Source: the human T2T-CHM13v2.0 reference genome, Homo sapiens. Taken from it: a stretch of DNA of 64,000 nt. The number at the start of each line of letters is the position of its first letter. The stretch's first letter is position 1. The stretch lies in assembly GCF_009914755.1 (NCBI RefSeq), contig NC_060925.1; one strand, 5' to 3'. A program made the position numbers and the translations under genes. Below, in pieces: positions 15,736 to 32,999 of this stretch. A model generated the notes under the pieces. It saw only the letters and a program-made list of their open reading frames with translations, did not search any database and had not been told where the DNA came from.

Positions 15736-16384
15736 CAACGACCTCGGCATATAAATGTCAGGAACAGGTTCCCAAGGAGGGGAACAGAGACCTGAACAGC
15801 TAGAAGGCTCCAAGCAATCAAACACAGGTTTCCTGGGCAGGGACACAGAAGAGCAAGCCAGATGGTGGCCCAGGTCAAGTCTAGACATTCAGCTTTTAGG
15901 GATGATGCGATGGAACCAGACTTTGGAGGTGGAAAGAACACAGGTAGAGGTAGATATAGTTCCTCTTAATTCTTCTCTGACCTGAGTGATACCCACTGGA
16001 GGCCCACAGTGAGCCCTCATCCACAGTCTCCAGCTTTTGGTGGTCTTCCTGGCATGGAACATCTTTGACCTCTTCCTCCACCCTGCAGGATCAAGACAGC
16101 TTGGCTTACTCCCAGATGCCCGCTGGCTGTGAGAACAACTGTGAACTCTGGTGGGGGCCAGGGCAACCACTGTAGATCCTTCACCACGTGTGGCCCTGCT
16201 CTTGCTCTGCACCAACACCCAGACCTTCCCTCTGTTTCAGGGTGAAGATCTGCTCTAGTTCTGGCACTTGGCTTTCATATTTCATTTCTCTGATGCTCAA
16301 CACCTGGTAAGCCACTTAAGGATTCAGTCTAGGCCATATTCTTCCCCATCTAATTCTACCCTCTGAAATTGTTTTACAACTGCC

Positions 16385-16580
16385 TACAGTATTCAGTACA
16401 GTAACAGGCTGTCCAGATTTGTAGCCTAGAAGCAATAGACAATACCACATAGCCTAGGTGTGTTTTAGGCTATACCATCTAGATTTTTGTAGGTACACTC
16501 TATGATGTTTGTATAATAATGAAATCACCAAAAGATGCATTTCTCAGAACATATTTCCATCATTATGGGACGCATGACTG
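16385..16580. mobile_element. Tigger3/MER47-type (TcMar) transposon end
   Basis: TAGCCTAGGTGTG...TAGGCTATACCATCTAG...GCATTTCTCAGAAC...GCATGACTG followed by TA. Confidence 0.8.
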
Positions 16581-16877
16581 TATAGAGAATCAACTCAACT
16601 TTTTAACGCTGACTAATATTCTATAATACAGATTGCCATAATGTAGTTAACCATTACCAAACTGAGAAACATTGAGACTGTTTCCTTTCCTTTTCCATTA
16701 TACATAATATTGTAATAACCATCCTTATACAAATGAACTCACAAGCTAAATCTTATATTGCTATTGAGTATATCTAGTTATCTCAATGATTCTATGGGTC
16801 ATGGGTATAATTAGGCTGACTTAAAATGGAATTGCTGGATCAATTGGTATGCACATTAAAAAATTTGTATATTTGGG

Positions 16878-17472
<595 letters not shown>

Positions 17473-18613
17473 TTATATAGGTGCTGCACTGCCAGATAAC
17501 ATAAGAGAGTAACATACATAGCTAGACTCACCTGCCACTCACTGTTGACTTTGAGCAAATTTATATGTTTTTAAAATTCAATTTTCTCATCCACAAAATG
17601 AAAATAATAATAATATCGATTTTGAAGTGTAAAGGTAAGAAATATATGCCATCTGGCATAAACTAGAAGCTTAATAAATTACATCTCTTTTATTACTCTA
17701 CTACTATTAAAAGGCAAATCCTAAACTTACAATTAGCAGAAAGTAAAAACAAGGGCACATCGATGGAAGACCCACATGCTAATCCCAGCTCTCCCATTAT
17801 TTGGAATCAATCTGGGCAAATCCTTTGACTCTCTGGGCCTCCAAATCCACAATTATTGAAAGTGGGTGTCAGGATAAGCTGCCTCTTGATGCTTTTGCCA
17901 CTCCATCATTGCTTACTTTATTTCTAGGGCATTATTGGGAAGAAGGTATCAAGCTTTCAGATCTGCACAGATTATTTGTGCTGAGACAGAGGCAGGATTG
18001 CAAAATAAACAAAGAAACCAACATCCCAGGTCAGGCCTTTAAATACATGAATGAGAAACAGTTGGCCCCTAAAGAAAGCACATCCCTCTGTGGTCTTAGC
18101 TATTGGTAGATATTAGCTGTTGCACTGGGTCTACTAGATTCTCAAACTATCTCATTACAAAGAGGCACATTAAAACCATCTCTGGGACTCGGGATGGGAA
18201 ACAGATTGGTCTTTAAAACTGTCTTCAAAAGATCCATTCTCAATTCCCTAACCCTCCAGGCTGACTCCGTTTCTTCTCACCATGCTCACAAAGCCTCCCT
18301 CAACAATGACCCCTGTGGTTCGATTACAAGTATGTCTAAATTAGACTTCCAGCCCTTATGTCTAACTGATTGTTATATCCCCACAGTGTCTAACCCAGGG
18401 CCTATCTTTTGCCCAGCTGAAGCCCCAGGAACCTTTGCTGAATGAAACATAATTGTGCAATTGCTCTCTTTATATAGGTAAACTGATTAAATACTATAAT
18501 GATACAAGCCTTCTGTCTTTCTCAGAATACTTTTCTTGTAAACACAGCAAAATTGAAGGTATGACTCATAAACTACTAATGTGGAAGAAATTTTAGGGAG
18601 TGACTCATTCAAA

Positions 18614-18994
18614 TGCTAATGTCTGAATGTTTATGTCCCCTCTCTGTTAAACTCATACGTTGAAACCTAATTGCCAATGTGATCCATTTAGGAGGGGAGA
18701 CCTTTGGGAGGTTATTAAGTCATGAGGGTGGAGCTCTTATGAATGGGATGATTGCCCTTCTAAAAGGGGCCCAAGAAAGCTGCCTTGTCCGCTTCCACCA
18801 TGTGAGAACACAGCAAGAAGTGCCATTTATGAACAAAGAAGTGGCCCTCACCAGATGCTAAATATGTGGGTGTTTTGATCTTGAACTTCTCAGCCTCCCA
18901 AATGGTGAGAAATAAATTTCTGTTGCTAATAAGCCACAGAATTTTGTGGCTTGCTTGTGGTATTTCATTATAGCACACTGAATGAACTAAGACA
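18614..18994 (+). mobile_element. MLT1A-type MaLR solo LTR
   Basis: TGCTAATGTCTGAATGTTTATGTCCCC...CATGAGGGTGGAGC...AACTAAGACA. Confidence 0.85.
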
Positions 18995-19902
18995 TAACAT
19001 CTTTATTTATTAATTTACTCATTTACATAACATTACTGTGTTCTAGAAGACCTAGGCTTTGGGTAGGTTCGGTGACCACTTCAAGGTTAGCTTCTGGAAG
19101 ATCTGAGATCAGATCTTGATTCAGTACTCACTTTATTATTTATTACATATTTAATATTTTATCACATCACAGCAATAATTATAATTTGGTGATCATAATT
19201 TCATTTTTTAATGTTTTCATTTTAATGTATAGGATTGCCTAGGCTGCTTTAACTTTTTAATTCTCTAGGATTTTTATGAAATTAAAAAAAAAATCTCAAC
19301 CCGTAACTTCCTTATGTGAGTGTTTTCTCCTAAACCCTCATGCTACGTAGTAGAACACTTGTTCTGGTTTCAGTTTACAAACTAGAGAACCCATTAATAA
19401 TGACTACAGAACTCACAAAGTTTCTGATAGAAAATGTTATTTAACAAAAAGTCAAAATCTATAACTACTGCTATTTGAACAATATCTAAACAACGAGTGA
19501 TGGAGCTTCAAAACAAGGCCAGGGCTTTAAATTGTATGCTCCTTCCACCCTTCATATTAAGTGGACTTCAATGCCATATCCAAGGTAGAGAGTTGATACA
19601 AATGAAACTTGCAAAGTTTTGGAGTAATAACTATAATATACTTTTAGTTAATATATGTTGAGTATAACATACAGGTAGAATTTTTTCACAGTTGAGAAGG
19701 ACACAGCTTCCACATATTCACTGTAATAACTTGAAATGTCTTGCCACATGCAGAGAAGGCTTATACTGCAACAAGGAAAAGAGCATAGGCTTCGGATCCA
19801 ATTCCCATCTCACTTCACATCTCTCTATGAATTTGTAACTCATCTATCTTCACTGAGCCTCAGTTACCTTTTGGGTAAAATAAGGATAACAATATATTTT
19901 TT

Positions 19903-20220
<318 letters not shown>

Positions 20221-21253
20221 AAGGATAACAATATATTTTTTATAGAACTGTTGGAGGACAACAAATAAAAAAATATAATAAACGTGCCCAATACAATGGT
20301 TGTCATATAGCAGGGAGAGCTGAAGTCAAGCAAAATGTGGGAAAAGCAAATTCAACAAGTAGTAAGAGCAGAGCTTGAGTATAGCTATCAAGGAGGGTTA
20401 ATACTTGCACCAATAGTTCACCAAGATGAGGAATGAGGTCTACATGAGATTCCACTTGGCAATGCCGTGTTTCCATTAGTAGAATGAGAAGAGCGGCCTC
20501 TATAGAAGCAGAGGAGAGGTTTCCCACGTAGCATCACATAAGCTGCATCCTGGCTTCCACGAAAGAGAGAAAAGGGAGCTCTTTGCAGCCCAGTTTGATC
20601 GAGGAAGACTTTCTAGATAGGTGGGTCATGAACTAGAACTTGAAAGTCAAGTGAGATTCTAGAAGGCAGAAAGGAAGGGAGCGGTAGTCTAGGAAGGGGC
20701 ATCAGGGACAGCAAAGGCTCAGAGGCTAAAATGTGACTGACACATTCGGCTCCTGGAGCAGAGAATGAGTGTTGAAAAAGAAATAAGAGAAGAAGAAGAA
20801 ACTGCAGAGTATATTTATCTCAATTTGTGGAAAGCCTTAGTTGTCAAACTAAGAGATCTGTGTTTTCTCCAGTTGACAAAGAAAAGACATGTTCATAGTC
20901 TCCTGAAAAGTGGTCTTTTAGGAAGAATAATCTGAATGTGGAGCAGGAGCAAAGAGGCAGCTGAAGACAGCAGGAGGCTATGGATTAATGAACAGTGTAC
21001 TGAATATGGATTCAGAGGGCTTTGGAATTTATGTTCCAGCATTACTGCTTAATAGCTGTGAAACAAACTATCACCAAGTTACTCAGCTTCTCTAAACTGC
21101 AGTTTCTTTTTCTTAAAAATGGGGATAATAACGTCAGGATTTGGGGTGGTGCTCTAATATACAAAGAGATTCATAGCAAGAGAATTACTCTGGAAACTCT
21201 AGAAAATGCCTGTTCAATAAAACTTGCTGAGGTGATGAAAACTTCCTGTATCT

Positions 21254-21392
21254 GAGCTGTCCACATCAGCAGGTTACTAGCTACACTTGAAATGTACTTA
21301 GTCTGAGTGAGGAACTGAATTGTTAATTTTAGTTAACTTGAATAAATTAGATTTAAATTTAAATAGCCACCGTATTTCACAGCAGAACTCTA
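21254..21392. mobile_element. MER3/MER33-type hAT fragment
   Basis: GCTGTCCA...CACTTGAAATGT...GAGGAACTGAATT...TTTAAATAGCCAC. Confidence 0.65.
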
Positions 21393-21875
21393 GAGCCTAG
21401 GATAGTGAAAGGAGAATGGATTTTTAAAACAGGAAAACCCTGGTTTCAAACATAGCTTTAACCCTACTGGGCAAGTCGCTTTAACTCTCTGAGAGGAATA
21501 GTAGCCAGATGGTCTTGAGCTCCGGGCTCCAGTCACAAATGACTTTTTGCATCTCCTTAACCACACCAGGCTTTCTTAAGCCTCTGTGTTTCTGCACTTG
21601 CAGCTCTCTTTGCATGAAATAATCATCCCCCTTTGCCCCTTGACTTTGCTTGGAGAAATTCAAATTTTTTTCAGACTTAATTCAGGCATCTGCAGCACAT
21701 TGTTCATGAAGCTATCCCTGGCTTCCTTGCTCATCCCTAGGCTGCACTGTGAACTCTCTTCTATGCCCCTATGCTACCCCGTGATTCCACTCTCAGAGCA
21801 CATGTCACATAGCAGCCCGCCTCCCCCATGGGCTGTTAGTACAGATGGTGCTCACTGAAGGGCAGGGATCAAATT

Positions 21876-22360
21876 GTGTGTATGTGTGTGTGTGTGTGTG
21901 TGGCAAAATATACATAATATAAATTTATCATTTTAACCATTTTAAGTTTACAGTTCAGTGGCATTAAGTACATTCACATTATTGTGCAACCATTATCACC
22001 ATCCATCTCCAGAACCCACCCATGAAACATTAACCCCCTATTTCTTCCTTCCTCCCCCCAGCCCCTGGTACCAACCATTCTACTTTCTGTCTCTCTAAAT
22101 TTAGCTATATTGGGCAACTTGTATGAGTAGGAATGTACAGTATTTGTCCTTTTAAGTCTGGTTTACTTCATTTATCATAATGCCTTCAAAGTTCATCCAT
22201 GCTGTAGCATGTATCAGAATTATTTTCCTTTTAAAGGCAGTATAGTATTCCATTATATGAATGTATCACTTTTGTTAATCCGCTGATCCATAGATGAATA
22301 CATAGTTGCTTCCACCGTTGGGCTACTGAGAAAAATGCTGCTATGAACTTGGTGTATGGA
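21876..22360 (-). mobile_element. L1MB-type 3' end with (TG)n at its tail (21876-21902)
   Basis: AAATTTATCATTTTAACCATTTTAAG...GGCATTAAGTACATTCAC...GTTCATCCATGCTGTAGCATGTATCAG. Confidence 0.85.
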
Positions 22361-22518
22361 TGGAGCTGTGTATTATATATTTCTGTCTATTCCCACCACC
22401 CAGTACTGTTCCTAGAAATGCAGGAGATATTTACTAGAAGTATTCAGTGGAAGGAAGGGTGAGACCGAAAGATGAAGAAAGAAGAAAAAGAGGGAGGCAG
22501 GCTGACGTATTCACAGCT

Positions 22519-22519
22519 C

Positions 22520-22546
<27 letters not shown>
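22519..22546. repeat. (CA)n microsatellite
   Basis: Direct reading. Confidence 0.95.
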
Positions 22547-22553
<7 letters not shown>

Positions 22554-23984
22554 ACATTGCTTTCCCACTGAGAATGTCCACCCCACTGAAAGAGCCAATC
22601 TCAAACTTCACCTTAAAGGAATCTTTATTTATTTAATTTTTAGTTTTTCCATTGGCAACAACCCGATCTTGCAATCAGAGGCTTTGTGTGTATTTCGGCC
22701 ATTTCACTTAGATAAGTCAAAAACACTGAACCTCGGTTTATTCAGCTTAAATATGGTAAAACTGTTTATTCTTCCAAAGTGCGTGTGGGGGTCTGGTGTG
22801 AGAATTAAATGTCAGTATACTCTGTGAACTCTAAAGAACTATATAAACTATAGATTTCAGTTATTCTCTAGAACTTTTCTTTCTTCTATATTTCAATTAT
22901 AATAAGTCAATTAAAATCCATAATGGGAAAGGAGACTAGAGACTTAAGGAGAGTTTCCTTTTGAATTCCATTTCTAAACCTAGAGGCAAGAAGTGTCAAA
23001 TTGTTACAATTTTTTTTTTTTTACATTCTAATCATTTTCTCATTCTATTGAAGTTCCAGGTTTCTATTTGGGCTTGACACAGTCAGTGAAAATATTAAGC
23101 CTTTATAACACCAAAAAGTGCTAATGCACAACTCCGGTAATACTTCAGCCATGGGCGACATTTAAAGAATCCCCAGCTACATAATCACATTAACGTTTAA
23201 TGTGCCCAAGTGCAGCTGAAAGATGTTTCCTCTCTTCTGCATCTCCTTCCTGAAGCAAAAATGCCAGTGGAACTGAGAATCCCATTTGTGTCTTGTGATG
23301 AGTCCCCATAGAAGAGAGAGTCCTTCAGACCCCTTCCCCACATGGGCTGCTCCTCGAGGTAAACACAGCTTGTATAAGTAGGCAAACATCTTTTATCATT
23401 TTACATCCTTTATAGGTCATCCAGTTTGAGTTGGAGACACAAGGGAGTTCCCAGAGAAATTCATTACTGCCACTCACTCTGGTTTCTCGTCTCAATATAA
23501 TTAGGCTTGGCTAATTGTCTATCATGATTAAAATCATGCCAACAACAACCTTGTTCTGGAGTTTGGCTTGGCTCCAAACTTGTTAATCGCTCTTGGTTTA
23601 GAGTAGGTCATTCTGTACCTTGCTTCAGCTGTGAAATTCCTTATAAATAACATGCTTAGATAATAAGATCATCCTTTGGTGACCAGGAAGTGTCAGCACG
23701 GATGACACAAGGGGTGGTTAATATATGGGATAACTGAATCACAATTCGAGCCATTCTCAACAGCCTGGAACACTGAGCTGAATTTAGCCCAGTGCTATCT
23801 TGCTAGGAAAAAAGTAAGGTCTTGAGTCAATCGCATAGGGATAGCATGGCAGGAGTTCACAAAACCAGCTTGGATCACATAAAGTGCCCCCAAAGCTCAA
23901 TGTGAGTTAATAAAGCTTCTAAAAATATGAGATTTGCCTAGATTAACTGAAATTCAACATCTCACTTAGCCTAAGAGGCATCAG

Positions 23985-24442
23985 GTATAATATAAGGTGT
24001 ACTACTATTTTATGTACCACCAGGACAAAAAGATGCTGCCAAGTAAAAGTTATGACAATAATTTCTTGTCACTTTGAATTTTTGTTTCCTACTTAGTAAG
24101 AAATATCTTAGATGCATTTGTATCCAAATATCATGCTGCACTGTTTCTGGGCTTTTCTGAGTGCAAATAACTTTTCATTTCAAAGATGAATTACGGTGTA
24201 ATCTTTTTGAAGATCCTTTAACCGTCAATCAAACTCAGCACTTGTAGGAACAGCAATGTGCACAACTCAGTAGAAGTGATGGTGGTATGAGCAGCTCTGA
24301 CCAAGTGTGTCCGTATAGGTAATGATGGCTGACTGCCAGTCAGCAGTGATTGTAAGATGTCAGCAACTCTGGGATGCATCCTTATTTCCCAGATATTAAA
24401 ACATGGAATAAATATGTATGCCAGTGTTTATGAAATATGGTA
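23985..24442. mobile_element. Old Tigger-family DNA transposon fragment
   Basis: End motif GATGCATCC...CAGATATTAAAA...ATGAAATATGGTA; subfamily uncertain. Confidence 0.5.
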
Positions 24443-25699
24443 TAGGGTTCAAGGAGAGGGAGATGATAACCCTGCTTTCCTTAGTACTAGTGAGTCCATA
24501 AATCCACTTCTTAAATATCAATCTCAGCTCTAAGCAACATTTCTTGTGCAAGGTTCTTCCTGGTTTATGCACAGCTTCCCCTTGGTGTTCACTGAACATT
24601 GCATATGGCTCTGCTTACCCCAACTGTCAGAATTCAACATCATTTTTATCCCCACGTTCATTTTTGAAGCTGTATGGTCCTTGAAGTCAAAGGCATCTTC
24701 TTCATTTCTGTCTCATTACCAATTTGGGTAAGACCTGACACATAGTAGGTGCTCAATAGATGAATGACCAGATATAAGAATGATTGATTACTGTTCCATG
24801 ATGAACTCTGGGTTGTACGTGTTTCTCTCTTTAGTAAGAATTTGAAAAAATGTCATTATGATGTAGATGATTTCAAGCAGTCTTAATACTGAAATACAAA
24901 TATCGCATTACTGTTAGGTAAATTTCTTTTATATCAATAATGCCCTTGGGACTGGGCTTTCAAAGAGCTCCTTACCTCCCCACCCTGCCTCTGCACTCAC
25001 ACATTTGGATAGACCTTGTGTTCTAGTGACGAGTTTTCAAGCCTTGAAGCCAACAGGATCTGGATGCAAAACTAACTCTGTCATTTGACTACAGGAGAGA
25101 ACTTGCAATAAAAAACTCTCTCTTGGTCTCAGTTAAATAGGCCTACATCCTGAGATTGCTGTGAGGATAAAAAAACACACACAGAACCTTCAATGGTGCC
25201 CAGTATACCGTAGATTCTCAATACATTTCAGCAACAGGTTTATAAAACACACTACAATTTATGCAAAACTTTCACAGCCCACGTCTTCTGATTGGCATGC
25301 CAATCCTGACAGGAGGCTCTCCTATTGCTGTTTTTCAAACATTAAAATAGACTCAGAAAGGAAAAGAAGCTTGCACAAAATCACAGTTGCATACTAGGAC
25401 CTTTAACCCAGTTCTCCTTATCAAATCACATTCATAACAAATAAATTTTAGATCTCAAAAGAACATTAGAAATAATCTAATTTCAAATTCTCATTGATCA
25501 CATAAGGAAACTGAGGAACAGAGAGAACATGATTTGCTTTCAGCACCAGCACCACTCAGCTGCTAGTGGCAGAACTGGGATTGGAGCCTGGAGATCTGGA
25601 CTTTGAAAAAAACATGTTTCAGTATTTCTTACACAACAAGGGGTCCAACTCTGAAGGGCAAATCCTCACATGGTGATATGCCCCTGCCCTCCTCTCCAA

Positions 25700-26145
25700 C
25701 CTCACTTTCTACTGGCACGACTTTCCTGTCATTCCACACTGACCTTTCAGCTGCCCCTCAAACATGCCTGGCTCATTTCCCTATGTACTTGCCTTCACTC
25801 TGTTCAGAAAGTTCTTCTCCTGATTCTTTCCATATCAGCTTTCTCACTTAATTCAAGTTTCTGCTCACATGCTACTTCCTCAGAAAGGCTTTCTCTATCC
25901 AAAATAGCCTTTAGACCCTAAACAAAAGTGCTTCAGTGCACTACTGTCTAACATTCTCAATCCCCTTGCTCTACTATTTTCTTTATAGCACTTATTACTT
26001 ATTAATATGATATGTTTATTTACTTGTTTAATTTCATTTCTTTTCTACTATGATGCAGGTTTCACAAGGACACTGATCAGGTTTGTTTTGTTCATTGCTG
26101 TATTACCACTAGAATAATGTCTGGCACATAGGTGAGTGCTCACTG
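25700..26145 (+). mobile_element. L2 3' portion
   Basis: CTCACATGCTACTTCCTCAGAAAGGCTTTC...ATAGCACTTATTAC...TCTGGCACATAGG. Confidence 0.8.
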
Positions 26146-26149
26146 AGAA

Positions 26150-28430
<2,281 letters not shown>

Positions 28431-29749
28431 CTTGCAGGTGCTTCTAGTCTAACTTAAGGGCAATGTATTGAATAAACAATGAATTTCTCCTTATGATTAC
28501 TGGCTGCATGAAAGATATTTCCTCTTTCATTCATTCTTAATTCAAGTCCTTTTCCAGGTGCAATTTTGAATTTGTTATGCTTACCTGGGTCAATTTTGTT
28601 CACGTCCACCTACTATACTTGATTGTGAGCTGCTTTGAAGGAAGGAGGCGTAACTAATTCATATCTGCATTGCCCATGCCTAGCTTGGTGTTTTTCACAT
28701 TGCAGATACCTGATAAATGGTAAATATATACATTGTATAAATTGATGTATGTGGAGGACATTTAGGGCAATTACCAGTAAGATATTTATCCACTCCATCT
28801 CTAATGATAAAAATAATAATCACCATCATCCTTGATAGAGATTTATAGTTTGCTTCGCAAAATAGAACAGAGTGAGCTGAAAACCAGACTAAGTTCTGAA
28901 TGAGAGATGTGGTCATTATTTTTCAGTTCTCTTTGCTAAAGAGATGCTATATCTCCCCCTTTCAGAGAAATGAGAAAAAAAGAGGAATAAAGCAGACTAG
29001 ATCGTTTTAAAATTCTTCATTAGCATCCACACTGAATAAATTTCAACGGCAGGAGCCTTAACACAGCTTCACTGTATCTGATGCACAGAAAACGAAGCCT
29101 GCCAATCTTGCAACATGTCTCGAGATGAAGAAGGTCAACATATCAGAAAATAAAATCAGTAGCAGAGATTTCAAAGAAATTCATCCCAAGAGTTCTTCTC
29201 AATGAATGCAGTGCAAGATTGAAGAATTCAATTACAGGAAAAAGAGGTCTTTTTTAAATACCGTGCCCAGCTATTAGTTTTTTTGTCATTGCTAACATGA
29301 AGACATATTGTTAGCCATCAGGAAATCTCAACAAATTCATACATTCAAATCACAAGGGATTTGTTTGGTAGATGGATCTGAAATCTGGTCTGCCTCCAGC
29401 TCCTCACTCAAGATTTCGTTTATGCCAAGGAGAATGTTATTCTTAATCAGACATAGAAAAATCCAGCTCTTTGCCACTGAGCTGCTTTATTCCTTTAGAA
29501 AAAAAAATCTGCCTTTGGTTATAATAGAACATTAGAAGTAACTTTTTTATTTGGGGCTGACTGACTGAATTTCCTTTGCCTAAGAAAGCAGAGGTAGTGA
29601 GTGGTCATGGAAGTGAATTCTGGAAAGCAAGAGCCTTTGTATCTGGAGCTTTTTACCTGGCAAATCAAATTCTAGGGTTAATTGAAAGGAAATAATGCTT
29701 TAGTCTCTAAAACATAAAGCTCAATTTATAAAAATGTTCATTGCAGCAT

Positions 29750-30297
29750 AAGGTAGATTAACAGCTACAAATCCCTTACATCCTGACTGGTATTCCCCTT
29801 TGTAATGTGACTTTGATGCTCTTGCTGTCCTGAAGTAGAGTCTGTTTCTAATACCTTGATTTTGGACTGGTCTTGTGACTTGTTTTGAACAAAAGAATGT
29901 TGTAGAAGTGACATTTTACTAGTTATAGAGCCTAGACGTCAAGAGGTCTTAGAGCTTTCTCACCTTTCTTGAAACGCTGTCCTGAGACCTCCTTGTAAGA
30001 AGGCCAGAAGGCCAGTCTAACTTACTGGAGGATGAAAGCCATCAGGGAGAATGGAGGTACCCCCGTGTAGTCAGCACTAATTAGCAGACAGGTGAATGCG
30101 GCCATCTTGGACCTTTCAGCTCAGCTGAGCCTCCAGCTGAAAGCACCTGCCTGAGTGAGCCCAGGTTAAGTCAGGAGAACCCACCTAAACACCCAATAGA
30201 GGCACTAGAAATAATAGATAAGTGTTTTAAGCCATTTAAGCCTTGGATGATACACCCAAAGGATTAGATAGACACACAGCAACAGATGCCAGATATA
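29750..30297 (+). mobile_element. MLT1 (G/H-like) MaLR LTR within an old L1 fragment
   Basis: TTGTGACTTGTTTTGAACAAAAGAATG...GCCATCTTGGAC...CAGCAACAGAT. Confidence 0.7.
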
Positions 30298-30794
30298 CCA
30301 AGGATTGGAAACATCTGAACATTGAACAATAGTAGAATGGTAAAGTAAGGGATGCTATATTCACGCAACAAATTACATTTGAAGAGAGTTTTTGGTGACA
30401 TGAGAATGTGCTTTTGTTATAAGGCTTCGTAAAAGCAGTTTGAAAATTTTTGTATAAAATTAGTTCTCATTACATGACAAAGAAAACAGCTGGAGAAAAG
30501 GCACCAAAACATTTCAAAGGCTTTTAATGGTGGAATTCGTTATCTTTCAACTTCTTGTTTACCCCTGCCTACTTTATTCCTTATAATTGAATTTTAGCCT
30601 CCTCTCTTTGCCCAAACCAACAACTATAAATGATTTTTAAAGTACTGGGGCCCCAAATTGAGGCAGAACTTTTGTTAGTGTTTTTAGAAAAGATCATCGC
30701 CTATATGTATACTATTCTGCCTAACTTCCTATCCTCACTGTTCTTCTGTCTCCGCAGTACCGGAGAGGACTCAGGTCTTAAAATGAAAGAAACC

Positions 30795-31104
30795 GGCCGG
30801 TCGCGGTGGCTCACGCCTGAAATCCCAGCACTTTGGGAGGCCGAGGCCAGTGGATCACGAGGTCAGGAGATCGAGACCATCCTGGCTAACACGGTGAAAC
30901 CCCGTCTCTACTGAAAAATACAAAAAATTAGCCGGTGTGGTGGCGGGCGCCTGCAGTCCCAGCTACTCAGGAGGCTGAGGCAGGAGAATGGCGTGAACCT
31001 GGGAGGCGGAGCTTGTAGTGAGCCGAGATTGGCCACTGCACTCCAGCCTGGGCGACACAGCAAGAGTCCGTCTCAAAAAAAAAAAAAAAAAAAAAGAAAG
31101 AAAG
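30795..31104 (+). mobile_element. AluY SINE
   Basis: GAGATCGAGACCATCCTGGCTAACACGG; TSD GAAAGAAACC. Confidence 0.93.
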
Positions 31105-31659
31105 AAAGAAACCCACTATAGTAGGACAGTCAATTGTGGAAAATTTAATCTTGGCAAAAGAGTTGAAGCAGGGCGAATAAAGAATATGTTGATGTTAGGC
31201 ATATTCCAGTTTAATTTTCTTTCACAGCACTTAACCATCTCCAATATCATATTTTACCCTTATTTATTTGTTTGTTTGTATATCTCTCCGAATAGAATGT
31301 TAAGTCCATGAGATGGGTGCTGTGTCTATTTGGTTCTTTCCATATCCTTATCACATATAATAATGTTTGCCATAAACTAGTACTTGAAATAAATATTTGT
31401 TAAATGAATAAACAAGGTCATTGATCAAGGACTATCTTCATATTTAACAAGTCTGTCTGATGGAAATGTAGTGGAAAGATTCTGGTCTGGAAGTTCAAAA
31501 ATGTATTCTGGGAGCTCTTTAATTTGGAGCAAATTCTTTCACTTCTCTGTGCTGAAGTTTCTTGCTGTGAAGGAATGCTGAAATTTACCCTTAAAAGATA
31601 GCTGAGAGATTAAATGAAATTAATGAGAAATCAAAAAATAAAACCCTGGAAATTTGAAA

Positions 31660-31860
31660 CCAGTAATAATAGATAGCACATAGTTATGTGTCCAAAGCAT
31701 TATGTACATTAACTCTTCTCCTTTTAACAATCTCCAGAGGTAGGTACTAGTATCTCTCCACCTTACAAATGAGGAAACTAAGACTCAGAGACCCAGGCCA
31801 GATATCCCAGCTAAGTAGAGGAGGCAGAATTCAACTTTGGTTGGCTTGACTCCAAATTGT
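31660..31860 (-). mobile_element. MIR SINE
   Basis: TTACAAATGAGGAAACTAAGACTCAGAG. Confidence 0.75.
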
Positions 31861-32999
31861 ATTTGCTTCCTCTTGCAGATGAATGCTGCTACAATAAAGG
31901 GTAAGGTTCTTCTATCTTTCCTGCTTTATTGGCAAACTCAAGTTCCCAAGATTCACATCATAGGGTACTGTAGCCAAACTCATGATCTTCTCCTTAGAGC
32001 ATTCCCCTTAAATCCCTTCTCTTTCATTGCCCTGGGGCTCAGACTATACATTTAAGAAAGAAAAGAAATGCAGTAGCCTTGTTGTTTCTCAGTCTCTAGG
32101 TCCTGCCAGTTAACACACATGACTTTCTCTCATTTGAACTGCCTCTGCCTTAGTTTGGGACCCTAAAAATCTCCCCTGGACCTTTGCTGTTCCCTCCTAA
32201 CTAGTCTTATTGCCTCATTTCACACTTCCCATCTGTCATCTGCACTGTGTCAACATGTCTGCCCATAACTCAGATCTTACCATATCACTCCCTCTTTCCC
32301 TGTCCAAGGTCCAAGCTATCCAGCAGAATAGACACATACTCTAAGACTTAGTCTCTTGTCTTCCTTCTCAACCTCAACTCTACTCATGCCCTGCCGGGCA
32401 ATATTTCACTGCTTACTCTTCTCCTCACCTGGTAGGGGATTCTACTTCTTGGTGTATTTACTCAAGGTCTTTCTTCATCCTGAAACACTACTGTACACAT
32501 TTTGCTCATAATTCCTTTTCATCCACTGGGATTTCGCTCAGGTGTCACTTTTTCCAGGAAGTCCTCCCTAATCTTACAGCTGAATTGGGTGCCTCTCTTT
32601 TCTGCTCTTAGTACCCTCTACTTATGTATTTAGTCAGTGAAAACAGTGAAGCCCTGGGTTGCAGGGGTGTCTTATCGTAGCTGTCCATAAATGAGAATAA
32701 CAGGGTCTTCACCGGATTGTTGCAAGGGTTAAATGAGTTAATGTGAAATGCTTAGAATAGTGCATATAGTACCTTTATGCACAGGAAGCTCTCAAAATGT
32801 GTCCCATGTCATCTTAATATCTCTGGAAACCTGCACTACATCTGGCAGACAGGAGGCATTAAAAGAAATATTTGCTTACTGTGAGACATCAAATTGTCTA
32901 TACTGTTAATGTTGTTTAAAACTCCATAATGAATTCTTAGCAGCTTCATTCTGTGTCCTTAAAGTAAAGGGAAAAGTGACATTAAAATTTTTCCATTTC

